This document shows positions 35,759 through 44,525 of a stretch of 50,485 nucleotides of DNA, piece after piece. A program made the position numbers and the translations under genes. Source of the DNA: a virus (lineage: Duplodnaviria; Caudoviricetes); IMG/VR virus record IMGVR_UViG_3300037518_000427, positions 1 through 50,485 of that record, one strand, 5' to 3'. The notes beneath the pieces are model-generated. The model did not search any database, was not told the DNA's origin, and saw only the letters and a program-made list of their open reading frames with translations. Every line of letters starts with the position of its first letter. Position 1 is the stretch's first letter.

Positions 35759-37215
35759 GGCGTGCTTGTCCTCTCTTCGGAATCGACAGATTGGGTCCTG
35801 GTCTCTCGTGAGGGTGCGATGAGTCCGCTCCGAGGCGGGATCGGGATGCTCCTCACTCTGGGCGGAACTGCCATCGATCGCAGTTCTTGGGCGACGATGA
35901 TGGTGCGTTCGGGCGAGAGCGGGATCGGCTCCAAGGCGACGTCGAAGATCGTTCCCGAGACGCTGGCCACGCCCTCGGCCAGCCCCATGAGAAGACCGCG
36001 GCCGAAGAGGGTTCCGGTAACTGAGGCGGATCCGGCGGCAGACCCGGCAATGGCGCCACCAGCATGGATGGAGCCTGAGACGGTCGCCGAGCCCTGGGCG
36101 AGCCCCGCCAAGAGTGCGCGACCCGAAAGCGTGCCGAAGACAGACGCGAAGCCTAGGGCGGACCCCTGAACGGCGCCTTTCCCTTTCAGAGTCCCCTGAA
36201 CGGTGCTGGAACCCAGTGCGAAACCGGCAATGGCGCCGGAAGAGCGAACCGTTCCAGTGACTGTGGAGGTGCCTTCGGCCAGACCGCCCAGAAAGCCCGT
36301 CGCAGTGATGGTTGCGGTGACGGTGGCCAGACCCAACGCCAGTCCAGCGATGGCCCCACGGGCCGAGAGGGTGCCAGATACGGATGCGGAGCCTGCGCTA
36401 CTGCCGGCCACTGCGCCCCGGCCCGTGATGGTTCCGGAAACGGTGGAGGTTCCGGCTGCGGTGCCGGCCACGACGCCTTTGCTGGCCACCGTGCCGGTAA
36501 CGGTCGCGACTCCTGCAGCGGATCCAGCGACGGCGCCTCGGGCTGTAAGAGTGCCTGAGACGGTGGCGGTGCCGCTGGATGTGCCGTCGATCGCGCCTCT
36601 GGCGGTAATGGTGCCGGTAACGGTGGCCGTCCCGGAGGCAGACCCAGCGATAACGCTGTGGTGCGTGATGCGGAGTTGGCCCCGGGCATCCCCGAGGCCG
36701 CCGTTGTTCAGCTCGACGTACCATTCCGCCGTGTTGTCCGAGGCTGACTGATCTTCGAGGCGTATGTCGGTGATGCCGGATCGGTTCAGTGCATCGGGCG
36801 CGTTTGGCCCAAGATCCGCCCAGATCGCCGAGGTCGGAGGGACTGGTGGGTCACCCAAAGCGTCGACGATCGATCCGCCTGTGAACTCACCGACATCGCC
36901 ATCGAGAGTTCCAAGTACGAAGTCGCCGAAGTAGACGTACCACTGCCAGAATGACGGGTTGCCAGGACTGGAAAGCGGTGCAAATTTAGGGTTGAGATAG
37001 AGTTCGACCTTGGTGATGACATCGCCAGCGGGGATGCCAGTCGCAGCGTCCGAGGTGTCGAAGGAAAAGATCCCTCGGTACTCTTCGACGAACGCCCCTC
37101 CTGCCGAGTATGCTTTGCCGACATCGGCAGTGGGGGTGTAGGCGCCGTAACTTGATCCGTCGTACCAGACTGTGCCGGAGTCTGGGCGGATCGCGAAGAT
37201 GGTGACCTGGGCCAC
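35755..37215 (-). CDS. Fibre-like virion protein with twelve 20-aa Gly/Ala/Ser/Thr repeats
   Basis: Repeat consensus RGAIAGSAAGTATVSGTLTA. Confidence 0.8.
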   Translation of the reverse strand: MAQVTIFAIRPDSGTVWYDGSSYGAYTPTADVGKAYSAGGAFVEEYRGIFSFDTSDAATGIPAGDVITKVELYLNPKFAPLSSPGNPSFWQWYVYFGDFVLGTLDGDVGEFTGGSIVDALGDPPVPPTSAIWADLGPNAPDALNRSGITDIRLEDQSASDNTAEWYVELNNGGLGDARGQLRITHHSVIAGSASGTATVTGTITARGAIDGTSSGTATVSGTLTARGAVAGSAAGVATVTGTVASKGVVAGTAAGTSTVSGTITGRGAVAGSSAGSASVSGTLSARGAIAGLALGLATVTATITATGFLGGLAEGTSTVTGTVRSSGAIAGFALGSSTVQGTLKGKGAVQGSALGFASVFGTLSGRALLAGLAQGSATVSGSIHAGGAIAGSAAGSASVTGTLFGRGLLMGLAEGVASVSGTIFDVALEPIPLSPERTIIVAQELRSMAVPPRVRSIPIPPRSGLIAPSRETRTQSVDSEERTSTP

Positions 37216-37232
37216 GGCGCTACCTCAGGGGG

Positions 37233-37532
37233 TCAAGCTGCGGGCGTGACCTGGAAGAGCGCCCGAATGAACGGCTCGGCCGCCGCGATCGTGCTGAAAG
37301 AGTTCCAGACCGCTTGTACCTGGGCCTCCGGTACGGTTTTCTCCCAAGTGAAGACGACCTCAGTCGGTTCCGATCGGCCCGCTACGTCGTCCCACGATTG
37401 GATCACGAAGCCGCCGTCTGAGATCTCCAGAGCGTTCTCGGTCGCGATCTCCAAGAAGCGGGTGAAGACTGCGTTGTGCGTTGCGGCTGTAACTGCTTTG
37501 CGCCCCGTTAGGCGGATGCGTACGTTGGCCAT
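37233..37532 (-). CDS. Hypothetical protein
   Basis: GGAGG RBS before ATG 37532. Confidence 0.65.
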   Translation of the reverse strand: MANVRIRLTGRKAVTAATHNAVFTRFLEIATENALEISDGGFVIQSWDDVAGRSEPTEVVFTWEKTVPEAQVQAVWNSFSTIAAAEPFIRALFQVTPAA

Positions 37533-37588
37533 CAGTCCTCCGTGACTCCCAGATCGGTTGAATACCAGAGGCTGCGTGGATTCATATA

Positions 37589-38020
37589 CTAATCCTCCTG
37601 TACATCCAGGTCCCCGATGGCCGCTTCCGGCTGGACGCCGTTGCTGATCGCGAGGCTGGCGGTGAGAGCTCCGGAGTACAGGAGAACGCCAGCGCCGGCC
37701 GAGGCGATCCCGATTCCAAAGTGAGTGGCTGTCTCGGAACCTCCCGTGGCCTGGGGCCAGGTCACTGCGGCGGTGTTGGAGACGTTGTTGCCCGACACGG
37801 TCCAGCCGCCAGAGGTCCGGGCGACCGCGACTCTGGCGTAGCTGGTGTAGGCGCACTCGCTGGTGGTCTGGTCACCCGCTTCTCCGGGATCACCGGTGTG
37901 GAGCGAGACATAGAGGTCGGTGGCCGGCGAGCTGGTGTCGTTCTCGGCGATGTCCGCGAAGGCCGTCCCGTTAAACACCAACAATAGCCAAGAATTTTCG
38001 TGTACATTGGACTTGCTCAT
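37589..38020 (-). CDS. Virion structural protein (fibre-associated)
   Basis: LYVSLHTGDPGE.G..E..Y..YARVAV..W...N...V.WP..T.FGI. Confidence 0.8.
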   Translation of the reverse strand: MSKSNVHENSWLLLVFNGTAFADIAENDTSSPATDLYVSLHTGDPGEAGDQTTSECAYTSYARVAVARTSGGWTVSGNNVSNTAAVTWPQATGGSETATHFGIGIASAGAGVLLYSGALTASLAISNGVQPEAAIGDLDVQED

Positions 38021-38029
38021 TTACTCTCC

Positions 38030-39496
38030 TTAGACCCGTTCCCTGGGTCTGTCGGCGTCTTCCATGGACTCTTCAGGAGTCGGCATCTTGGGCTTGGTAC
38101 GTGTGCTCTCGGGGAGTCGCGGGATCTCCTCACCCGCGTCGGACTGTGCGACCACCTGATCCACCCAACTCTCGTCCATGGCCAGGATGTCGCGGAGGAC
38201 GAAGGCCATCGGGAGCGCCTTCTCGGCCCCGGTCCGATAGAGGTGGGCGAGCGCTTTCGCCTTGAGTTCCCCGATCTGCGCCATCTGCTGGGCACCCTCG
38301 GTGACCAAGGCTGGCCAATCGATCGTGTACTCGCCGTTCTGGGGCTCGGGGAGCGCTCCGTACTCAATGAGCCGGTCGATGAAGGGGCGGAGAATCTGGA
38401 TCTCACAGTGTTCTCGCCGCCGGCTGTCGATGTGATCGAGCCACATCTGCTGATCCTGACCGCCTGCGAGTTCACCCTTCTCGGCCCCGAAAAGGACCCG
38501 CTTGGGGATCCGCATGGCTGCCGCGATGAGGTCCTTCTGGACCTCGACGTGCCCTGTTGGGTCAGCTACTTCTGGTTGGAGCGTCTCTACCGTGACGCCC
38601 TGGAGGCGAAGGATCCGGGTGAGATTGTGGGTGAACTTCTCCGCCTCGGCCTTCATGTCGTCCAAGGTCTGGGCGCCCAGCCTGGCTTGTGGGTCCAGCT
38701 TGAAGTTGTAGCCGGGGAAGGCTCCCCGCCAGAACATCTCCGATGACCCTCCAGCCAAAGTCTCGAGGTCCTGAAGCCGGTTCCAAATCGGCTCCAGGCT
38801 GGGGGAACTCATCGTCTGGTCATCGAGCGGGTCCTGGACGATGTGAATGAGACGCGACCAGTGGCAGTTGGTCGACCGGGTCGATTCGCCACCGGTCCTC
38901 AGTTGCAAGGAGTAGGTTTCGGGCTGCCCGAAACGTGGGTTGGTCTCGTCGGTTTGCCAACTGGTCGGAGTCGCGCCCACCTGGCTGAATGGAGTCAGGT
39001 AACGGACGGTGCGCTGGGGGCTCAGGCGCAGGCCCAGCAAGTTCCTCCGACCCGCCACGGGCATGGCGAAGTCTCTGTTGTCATCGAAGCCGATGAAGAG
39101 TGCCGCATACGAACCGATGGAAACGAGCCGGTCGGCGCGAGCGAAGTAGTGCCATACCTTTAGCTTCCTCGCCAGGGCGATCCATGCCGTTTCGAATGGG
39201 GTGTCCTTGGTCGTGGAGTCGACGATGCGGGGCCTTTGCCGCCAGCAGGCACTCACGGGAGCGTCGATGACGGCCCGTGCGACATCTTGTCGGAGGTACC
39301 GTGCCAAATAGTCACGGTAGAGGATGGTCTTCTTGTAGCCGAGGGCGCTGTAGAGGTCCCGGTCGCCATCAAACGACTGCCCGAGCCGGGAAGCGATGCC
39401 GGCCCGGCTCGTGATCTCCGAGAGCGCTCTCAGGGCTCCAATCGTTCCGAGGATGTCAGAATCGGTTCCATCCCCGTTGCCATTGGCCGACGCCAT
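38030..39496 (-). CDS. Portal protein (DUF1073-like)
   Basis: RDLY..LGY, R.D.A..ID.P..W, RFG.P..Y, HWSR..H, IP.R.LFG.E.GELA. Confidence 0.9.
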   Translation of the reverse strand: MASANGNGDGTDSDILGTIGALRALSEITSRAGIASRLGQSFDGDRDLYSALGYKKTILYRDYLARYLRQDVARAVIDAPVSACWRQRPRIVDSTTKDTPFETAWIALARKLKVWHYFARADRLVSIGSYAALFIGFDDNRDFAMPVAGRRNLLGLRLSPQRTVRYLTPFSQVGATPTSWQTDETNPRFGQPETYSLQLRTGGESTRSTNCHWSRLIHIVQDPLDDQTMSSPSLEPIWNRLQDLETLAGGSSEMFWRGAFPGYNFKLDPQARLGAQTLDDMKAEAEKFTHNLTRILRLQGVTVETLQPEVADPTGHVEVQKDLIAAAMRIPKRVLFGAEKGELAGGQDQQMWLDHIDSRRREHCEIQILRPFIDRLIEYGALPEPQNGEYTIDWPALVTEGAQQMAQIGELKAKALAHLYRTGAEKALPMAFVLRDILAMDESWVDQVVAQSDAGEEIPRLPESTRTKPKMPTPEESMEDADRPRERV

Positions 39497-39513
39497 CTGG
39501 TGCCTCCCTGCCG

Positions 39514-39531
39514 AGGTTTCACGTGAAACCT
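39514..39531. promoter_or_regulatory. parS-like palindrome AGGTTTCACGTGAAACCT
   Basis: Core GTTTCACGTGAAAC equals the inner 14 bp of the chromosomal parS consensus TGTTTCACGTGAAACA; intergenic. Confidence 0.75.
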
Positions 39532-40963
39532 ACCAGACCCCCACTTTGCCGCCGGCCGTCAGCATGTGGAAGGCCCCGCTGGAGGCATCCACCTGGTCGG
39601 CCGTGCAGCCCTTCGATCCATCGAAGTTTTCGAGCTCGCGGAGATATGTCTCGTTCCACTGACCGCGCAGCAGTTGCACGTTGTTCGAGCCGCACTGGGA
39701 CGAGAATGGCTTCGCGCGGTTCATTTTGCTCTCGCGCACGAGGTTGATGGAGACGTTGTACCCCGAGAGCCGGCGCGCCTGATACTGGGCCTCTGACTTC
39801 CCTGCCTGGCCCGGATCTTGCTCAATGATCTGTTCGACCTCGTGCCCGTCCGCCTCGGCGGTCACTCCGATGACACGCTCGACCTCGGCGGGTAAGCCTT
39901 GGAAGCGTACCACGTCCAGCACGATCCATCTCTCCTGCTCGGTGACCCCCATCTTGACGCCGGCCGTCCAGGAAGCGTCAGGGACTGGCTTGCCGTCCTT
40001 CATGGGAGTGGCGGCGCGGTCCCAGTAGCGGACGACCTGGGAGCAGTAGGGTTCATGCTCGACGAAGGGTAGGAACCAGTCGCGCTTGAAGAAGCTCCCG
40101 GCGGTCTCGCGGATGTTCCAGTTCCCGTAGCGGAGCCGCTGCTTGTCCACATGGGTCAGCGACTCCAGGCTCGCCACGTAGTCGGGGTTGCGCTCGATCA
40201 GGATCTTGTTGTCCTCGACCGAGGCCGGGATGAACGTGAGGCTCCGCGGAAGGCTGTCTTCCCCATACTTCTTGACCAATTCTTCCCGCGTGTCCGCGAA
40301 AACGGGCTCCTGGCCTCGGAGCAAGAACCAGCGCAAAACGCCCGATCGTTCAGGAATCGCGAAACCGGTCGTCTCATCGATCCACCAGCCGATGAACCAG
40401 CGCAGGAAGGAGTCCGGATTGGGGTTGCAGGTACCGCGCATGTACGGTCGTATCTTCGCGTTAGACCGGTTGCGCGAGAACATGTAGGAGAACTGCTCGA
40501 ACTCGAACGATTCGAGCTGGTCGAACGCGATCATGGTGATCTGCGCGCCGTCCCAGGCGTAGCGGTCCTGGGGATGCTGCATGTGGGCGAAGGAGATCGA
40601 TGCCCCGCTCGGGAATCTCCAGCTCAGAGTCGAGACGCTCGGAACGGCCCCGAGCATCTGATAGATCTCATAGGAGGTGTCCCACAGACCTCCCTCTTTT
40701 CGCACCTGGGCGTAGGTGCGCCGGAAGATCACGCAGCGGAAATGTGGGTCGCTGATCCCGCGCAGTGGATCCATGAGCAAGGCCCAGGTCTTACCACCAC
40801 CCGCTTGCCCTCCCAGGATCGCGATATCGGCGTCGCTTCGGAGAAACGCCTCCTGGGGACCCTCTTGAGGCTTGATGACGGCGCTCTCTTGGACCCGGTT
40901 GGAGACCTTGGGCGCCCATGGGCCTTGAAGATGGCGCGGTTTTCCGATATGGCCGCGCGGCAT
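39530..40963 (-). CDS. terL: Terminase large subunit
   Basis: GGQAGGGKT Walker A, IAFDQ Walker-B-like, TCNP, RYWD.A, DQVDASS nuclease. Confidence 0.93.
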   Translation of the reverse strand: MPRGHIGKPRHLQGPWAPKVSNRVQESAVIKPQEGPQEAFLRSDADIAILGGQAGGGKTWALLMDPLRGISDPHFRCVIFRRTYAQVRKEGGLWDTSYEIYQMLGAVPSVSTLSWRFPSGASISFAHMQHPQDRYAWDGAQITMIAFDQLESFEFEQFSYMFSRNRSNAKIRPYMRGTCNPNPDSFLRWFIGWWIDETTGFAIPERSGVLRWFLLRGQEPVFADTREELVKKYGEDSLPRSLTFIPASVEDNKILIERNPDYVASLESLTHVDKQRLRYGNWNIRETAGSFFKRDWFLPFVEHEPYCSQVVRYWDRAATPMKDGKPVPDASWTAGVKMGVTEQERWIVLDVVRFQGLPAEVERVIGVTAEADGHEVEQIIEQDPGQAGKSEAQYQARRLSGYNVSINLVRESKMNRAKPFSSQCGSNNVQLLRGQWNETYLRELENFDGSKGCTADQVDASSGAFHMLTAGGKVGVW

Positions 40964-41566
40964 CTAGGACTCGCCGGTGGTGGTGGGGATTTCCTTGGTT
41001 TTCTTCGGGCTTTTGCTTGGTTCGTCCCGGAAGTTGCTCGGGATGTAGACAGCAACCGCCAGGCTCTGCCGATTGGTGGCCCCTTCCTGCGTGTGGATCT
41101 TTCGTCCCCACCGCTGAGGGAACCGCCGTTCTAGCATCCAAGCGGCTGCTGTCCACTCGCGCACAGGAATCTCATCCTCGACGATCTTCTTGCTCCCGTC
41201 CGCGTAGGTCGTCGTGGTGGTGCGCTTGACGGTGTAGCCTTCAGCCTGCCGTTCGATGAGGCGAACGAGCGACATCTCCGACTTGGCGAGTGCGCGGCGG
41301 ATTGCGAGATAGAACTCGTGGTACTCGCCGGACTCTTTGTCGCGCCCTTTTACGAGCCATTTCCTCAAGTTTGCTGGCTTGATGTCAGCGTAGGCGCAGG
41401 CGACATCGAAGTGAGCCCCACGTTCGAGCGCCTCAATGACATGCCCACAAACCTCGGGTCCGAACTTGCCCCCGGAGCGCTTGCCGCGGTCCTTCTCGAG
41501 AAAAATCTCACGGTCAGTGGCAAGGAGGCTGTAGTCCTCCTTCTTGTCAATTTCCTGAGTTGGCAT
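40964..41566 (-). CDS. terS: Terminase small subunit
   Basis: HTH (AC.YA.I....L..W), W.AAAW.LERRFP..WG; directly upstream of terL. Confidence 0.8.
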   Translation of the reverse strand: MPTQEIDKKEDYSLLATDREIFLEKDRGKRSGGKFGPEVCGHVIEALERGAHFDVACAYADIKPANLRKWLVKGRDKESGEYHEFYLAIRRALAKSEMSLVRLIERQAEGYTVKRTTTTTYADGSKKIVEDEIPVREWTAAAWMLERRFPQRWGRKIHTQEGATNRQSLAVAVYIPSNFRDEPSKSPKKTKEIPTTTGES

Positions 41567-41957
41567 TGGCCAGATCCTTGCCAGTGAGGATGTCGACCGC
41601 CTCGGCTGCAGTCGCGACACGGAGCGCCCGTTCGAGCCGGTTCCGCAGAACGTCTACGGGCAAGTCACGGTCGCTCGGGATGGCCGGCTCGACCTTGGGC
41701 CAGTACGCATGGTGGCGCCGCTTCAGATGGAGGCGGAGCCGGGCCATCTCCTGGCTTTCTTGCTCGCCCACCTCCGCAGCGGCAGGGTCGGCCGGAGCAG
41801 CAGGCGGCTTCGGCCTCAGCTGGTTGGGCGGTGGATGCGCATCGAGGTCGGGCAGCTCAGGCGGTTTCTCAGTGGCCTTGCAGTACTGGCAATCCTCACT
41901 GGGAAAGGCTTGGTGGTAGCGGTTATGAAACCGCTTGTCCGTGGTCATAATAGCCAT
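41547..41957 (-). CDS. Hypothetical protein (CxxC, Pro-rich)
   Basis: First gene of late operon; start uncertain. Confidence 0.55.
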   Translation of the reverse strand: MAIMTTDKRFHNRYHQAFPSEDCQYCKATEKPPELPDLDAHPPPNQLRPKPPAAPADPAAAEVGEQESQEMARLRLHLKRRHHAYWPKVEPAIPSDRDLPVDVLRNRLERALRVATAAEAVDILTGKDLANANSGN

Positions 41958-42268
41958 CCTTGGCCAAGCGAGCGGGCGATGCGCGGGGTGGGGGTGCGTC
42001 CCCGGCACCGCCCGCCGCTCAGATCGCAAACTTCAGACTGGACGCCCCGGACGCTAGCCCAGAACGACAAGGTGGGCAAGCGATTATTCGATACGGTTGC
42101 CCTTTGGTGTAGGAAATACCGGTTGGCTCGAAGCCGGCTCGGGCCTAGATTGGTTCCGGTCAGAGGTTCCGCATGATTTCAGACGGTGTCCGGCTCCGGG
42201 TTCTTGCCGATCCAGGAGCCTCTGACAGATCCTTCTGCTGACGCGACCTGGAGCCGGGCTTCCCTTGG

Positions 42269-43765
42269 GTGGGGGTGCTTTTGGATCTACGTGACTATCA
42301 GGCTCGGGCCGTGGCCCAGGTATCCTCTCAGATCGACCATACCCCTACCGTGTTGTGCCTGCCCACCGGTGGGGGGAAGACCATCACGGCAGTCGCGATC
42401 GCCAAACCCTACCGAACTCTCTGGGTTGCCCACCGTCGCGAACTCATTTATCAGGCTGCAGGGGCGTTGCGCTCGGCCGGGATCGATCCGGGGCTCATCA
42501 TTCCTGGGGAGGCCGAGCGTCCGAATCAGCGCTTCCAGGTCGCATCCATTCAGACCCTGGCCCGCCGGGCCCGGCTACCTGACTGCGAACTCCTTGTGGT
42601 AGACGAAGTTCACCATTTTTCCTCAGCGAGCTACCAGATCCTCTCGGCCCCGCGCATGCTCGGGCTCACCGCGACCCCGTGGCGAATGGATGGCCGGGGC
42701 CTCAAACCTCCGTTCGAATCCCTCGTGGTCGGGGCGACCCCTCGTGAGCTCTGCGAGCAAGGCTACCTGGTAGAGCCCGACGTGTTCGTCCCTTCCCAAC
42801 CGGACCTCAAAGGTCTGCGCAGCCGCGGTGGGGACTACGAGGTCCGTGCACTTGCCGAGCGGATGGACCGCATCACCGGAAGGATCGTCGAGAACTGGCG
42901 GCGGTGGGGCTGCCAGCCCGATGGCACGCCCCGGCCCACCGTGTGCTTCGCGGTCGACGTCAAGCACTCCCAGTCGATCGCCGAGCGGTTCCGCGCCGCC
43001 GGGGTCGCCTCGCTCCATATCGATGGGACCGACTCGGCACAGGTCCGGGACGAGGCGCTCCGGAAGCTCGCCAACGGAGAGCTGTCAGTCCTCAGCCAGT
43101 GCATGCTCTTGACCGAAGGCTGGGACCTTCCCTCCCTCGAGGTCGCGATCATCGCCCGGCCCACCCAGTCGCTCGGTCTCCACCTGCAGATGATCGGTCG
43201 CGTGTCCAGAGCCTGCGCCTCCAAGGGCGGCGCCACCATCTTGGACCATGCCGGCAACCATGTCCGGCACGGGCTCATGACGGACGAGCGGGATCTGACG
43301 CTGGCGGGGGTGACGCGCCGGCACAGCCCGGGGGCAGTCGCCCGGCACTGCCCCGAGTGCTATCTGCTCGTTTCGATCGGGACCACCGAGTGCCCGGCCT
43401 GCGGCGCCGCGCTGCGGGCTCTGAGCCCGCGTGAGATCCGAGAGGTCGAGGGTGACCTGGCCCCGATGGGCCCGCGCCGGGAGGCGACCTTCGAAGAGCA
43501 GCTCCTGTACTGGAGCGTTCTCGAGGAGGAGCGTCTCCAGCGTGGGTATCAGCAGGGGTGGTCGACCTGGCGGATGAAGGAACGGTTCGGTCGCTGGCCA
43601 CTCGTGGTCGAGGGCAAGCTGATCGATCCGAGCAAGGCCGATAAAAGCAGCAAGGATGCTGTGCTGGCTCGCCTGCGGGCGACGGCAGCAGAGAAGGGAT
43701 ACAAAAAAGGATGGATCGGGTACCGCTTCAAGGCCCAGTTCGGGCATTGGCCAAGGGGGATGTAG
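42269..43765 (+). CDS. SF2 DEAD/DEAH helicase with Zn ribbon
   Basis: LPTGGGKT, VVDEVH, GLTATP, EGWD.P, QMIGR, CPEC..CPAC. Confidence 0.93.
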   Translation: MGVLLDLRDYQARAVAQVSSQIDHTPTVLCLPTGGGKTITAVAIAKPYRTLWVAHRRELIYQAAGALRSAGIDPGLIIPGEAERPNQRFQVASIQTLARRARLPDCELLVVDEVHHFSSASYQILSAPRMLGLTATPWRMDGRGLKPPFESLVVGATPRELCEQGYLVEPDVFVPSQPDLKGLRSRGGDYEVRALAERMDRITGRIVENWRRWGCQPDGTPRPTVCFAVDVKHSQSIAERFRAAGVASLHIDGTDSAQVRDEALRKLANGELSVLSQCMLLTEGWDLPSLEVAIIARPTQSLGLHLQMIGRVSRACASKGGATILDHAGNHVRHGLMTDERDLTLAGVTRRHSPGAVARHCPECYLLVSIGTTECPACGAALRALSPREIREVEGDLAPMGPRREATFEEQLLYWSVLEEERLQRGYQQGWSTWRMKERFGRWPLVVEGKLIDPSKADKSSKDAVLARLRATAAEKGYKKGWIGYRFKAQFGHWPRGM

Positions 43766-43791
43766 AGCGTCATGGGACACGCCAAGGGACG

Positions 43792-44112
43792 GTGGACCGC
43801 CACCTAGAGCGTGAGTGCGACATTCAGGCCGCGATCCTGAAGTACTTCATCGGCCGTACCGACCTGGTGATCTGGCGGAACAACACCGGTGTGGCTCTGT
43901 TCGGCCGCACCCGGGTCAGCTACGGCCTCAAAGGCTCCAGCGATCTGATCGGTTTACGCCAACCGGCCGGTCAGCTCATCGCGATCGAATGCAAGGCGGC
44001 CCGGGGCCGCCAGACCAAAGAGCAAGTGGCGTTCCAGCGGATGGTGGAGCGTCTGGGGGGTCTTTATGTCCTGGCCCGGAGCGTGGACGATGTAAGAGCT
44101 GCCGGGCTCTAG
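43792..44112 (+). CDS. VRR-NUC family nuclease
   Basis: E..IQ..I, WRNNTG, G.SDL, IECK..GR...EQ..F. Confidence 0.85.
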   Translation: MDRHLERECDIQAAILKYFIGRTDLVIWRNNTGVALFGRTRVSYGLKGSSDLIGLRQPAGQLIAIECKAARGRQTKEQVAFQRMVERLGGLYVLARSVDDVRAAGL

Positions 44113-44173
44113 GCAAGGGAGTAGGCGCCACGGACGGCGTCTGCGTGGGGGTAAGCATGTGGTTGGCAGCGTC

Positions 44174-44506
44174 ATGAGCGGCCAGGCTGGCGGCACACCA
44201 TGGGTCAAGCTGCGTCCTGCCGAGCTGCTGTCGAGAGATTGGGGGAAATGGATGTCCGAGCATTTCAAGCCAGCGGGGTACCTCTGCCAGATCACCCAGG
44301 CCAAGGCACGCGACATCGCGTGGATCCTGGCCGACCCACGGCTTACGGCGCTGACCTTTGCGGAATCAGCGCTCGATCCAGTGGTCCGCGCTCTCAAAGA
44401 CGCTGACGAACCGGACCTTCTCCTCGACGCGATCGACCTACGCCAGCGCATCTCGCTGCGCTTGGCCATCGCCAACGCTGAGCGGCAGAGTGACGCCAGC
44501 CTCTGA
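44174..44506 (+). CDS. Hypothetical protein
   Basis: Fits tiling between nuclease and primase. Confidence 0.55.
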   Translation: MSGQAGGTPWVKLRPAELLSRDWGKWMSEHFKPAGYLCQITQAKARDIAWILADPRLTALTFAESALDPVVRALKDADEPDLLLDAIDLRQRISLRLAIANAERQSDASL

Positions 44507-44525
44507 CATTCCCAAGGACGGGATC

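Noticed and set aside
38030-39496. Anti-CBASS Acb1 label sometimes attached to DUF1073 proteins
   Set aside because: No HxT phosphoesterase domain seen; position indicates portal
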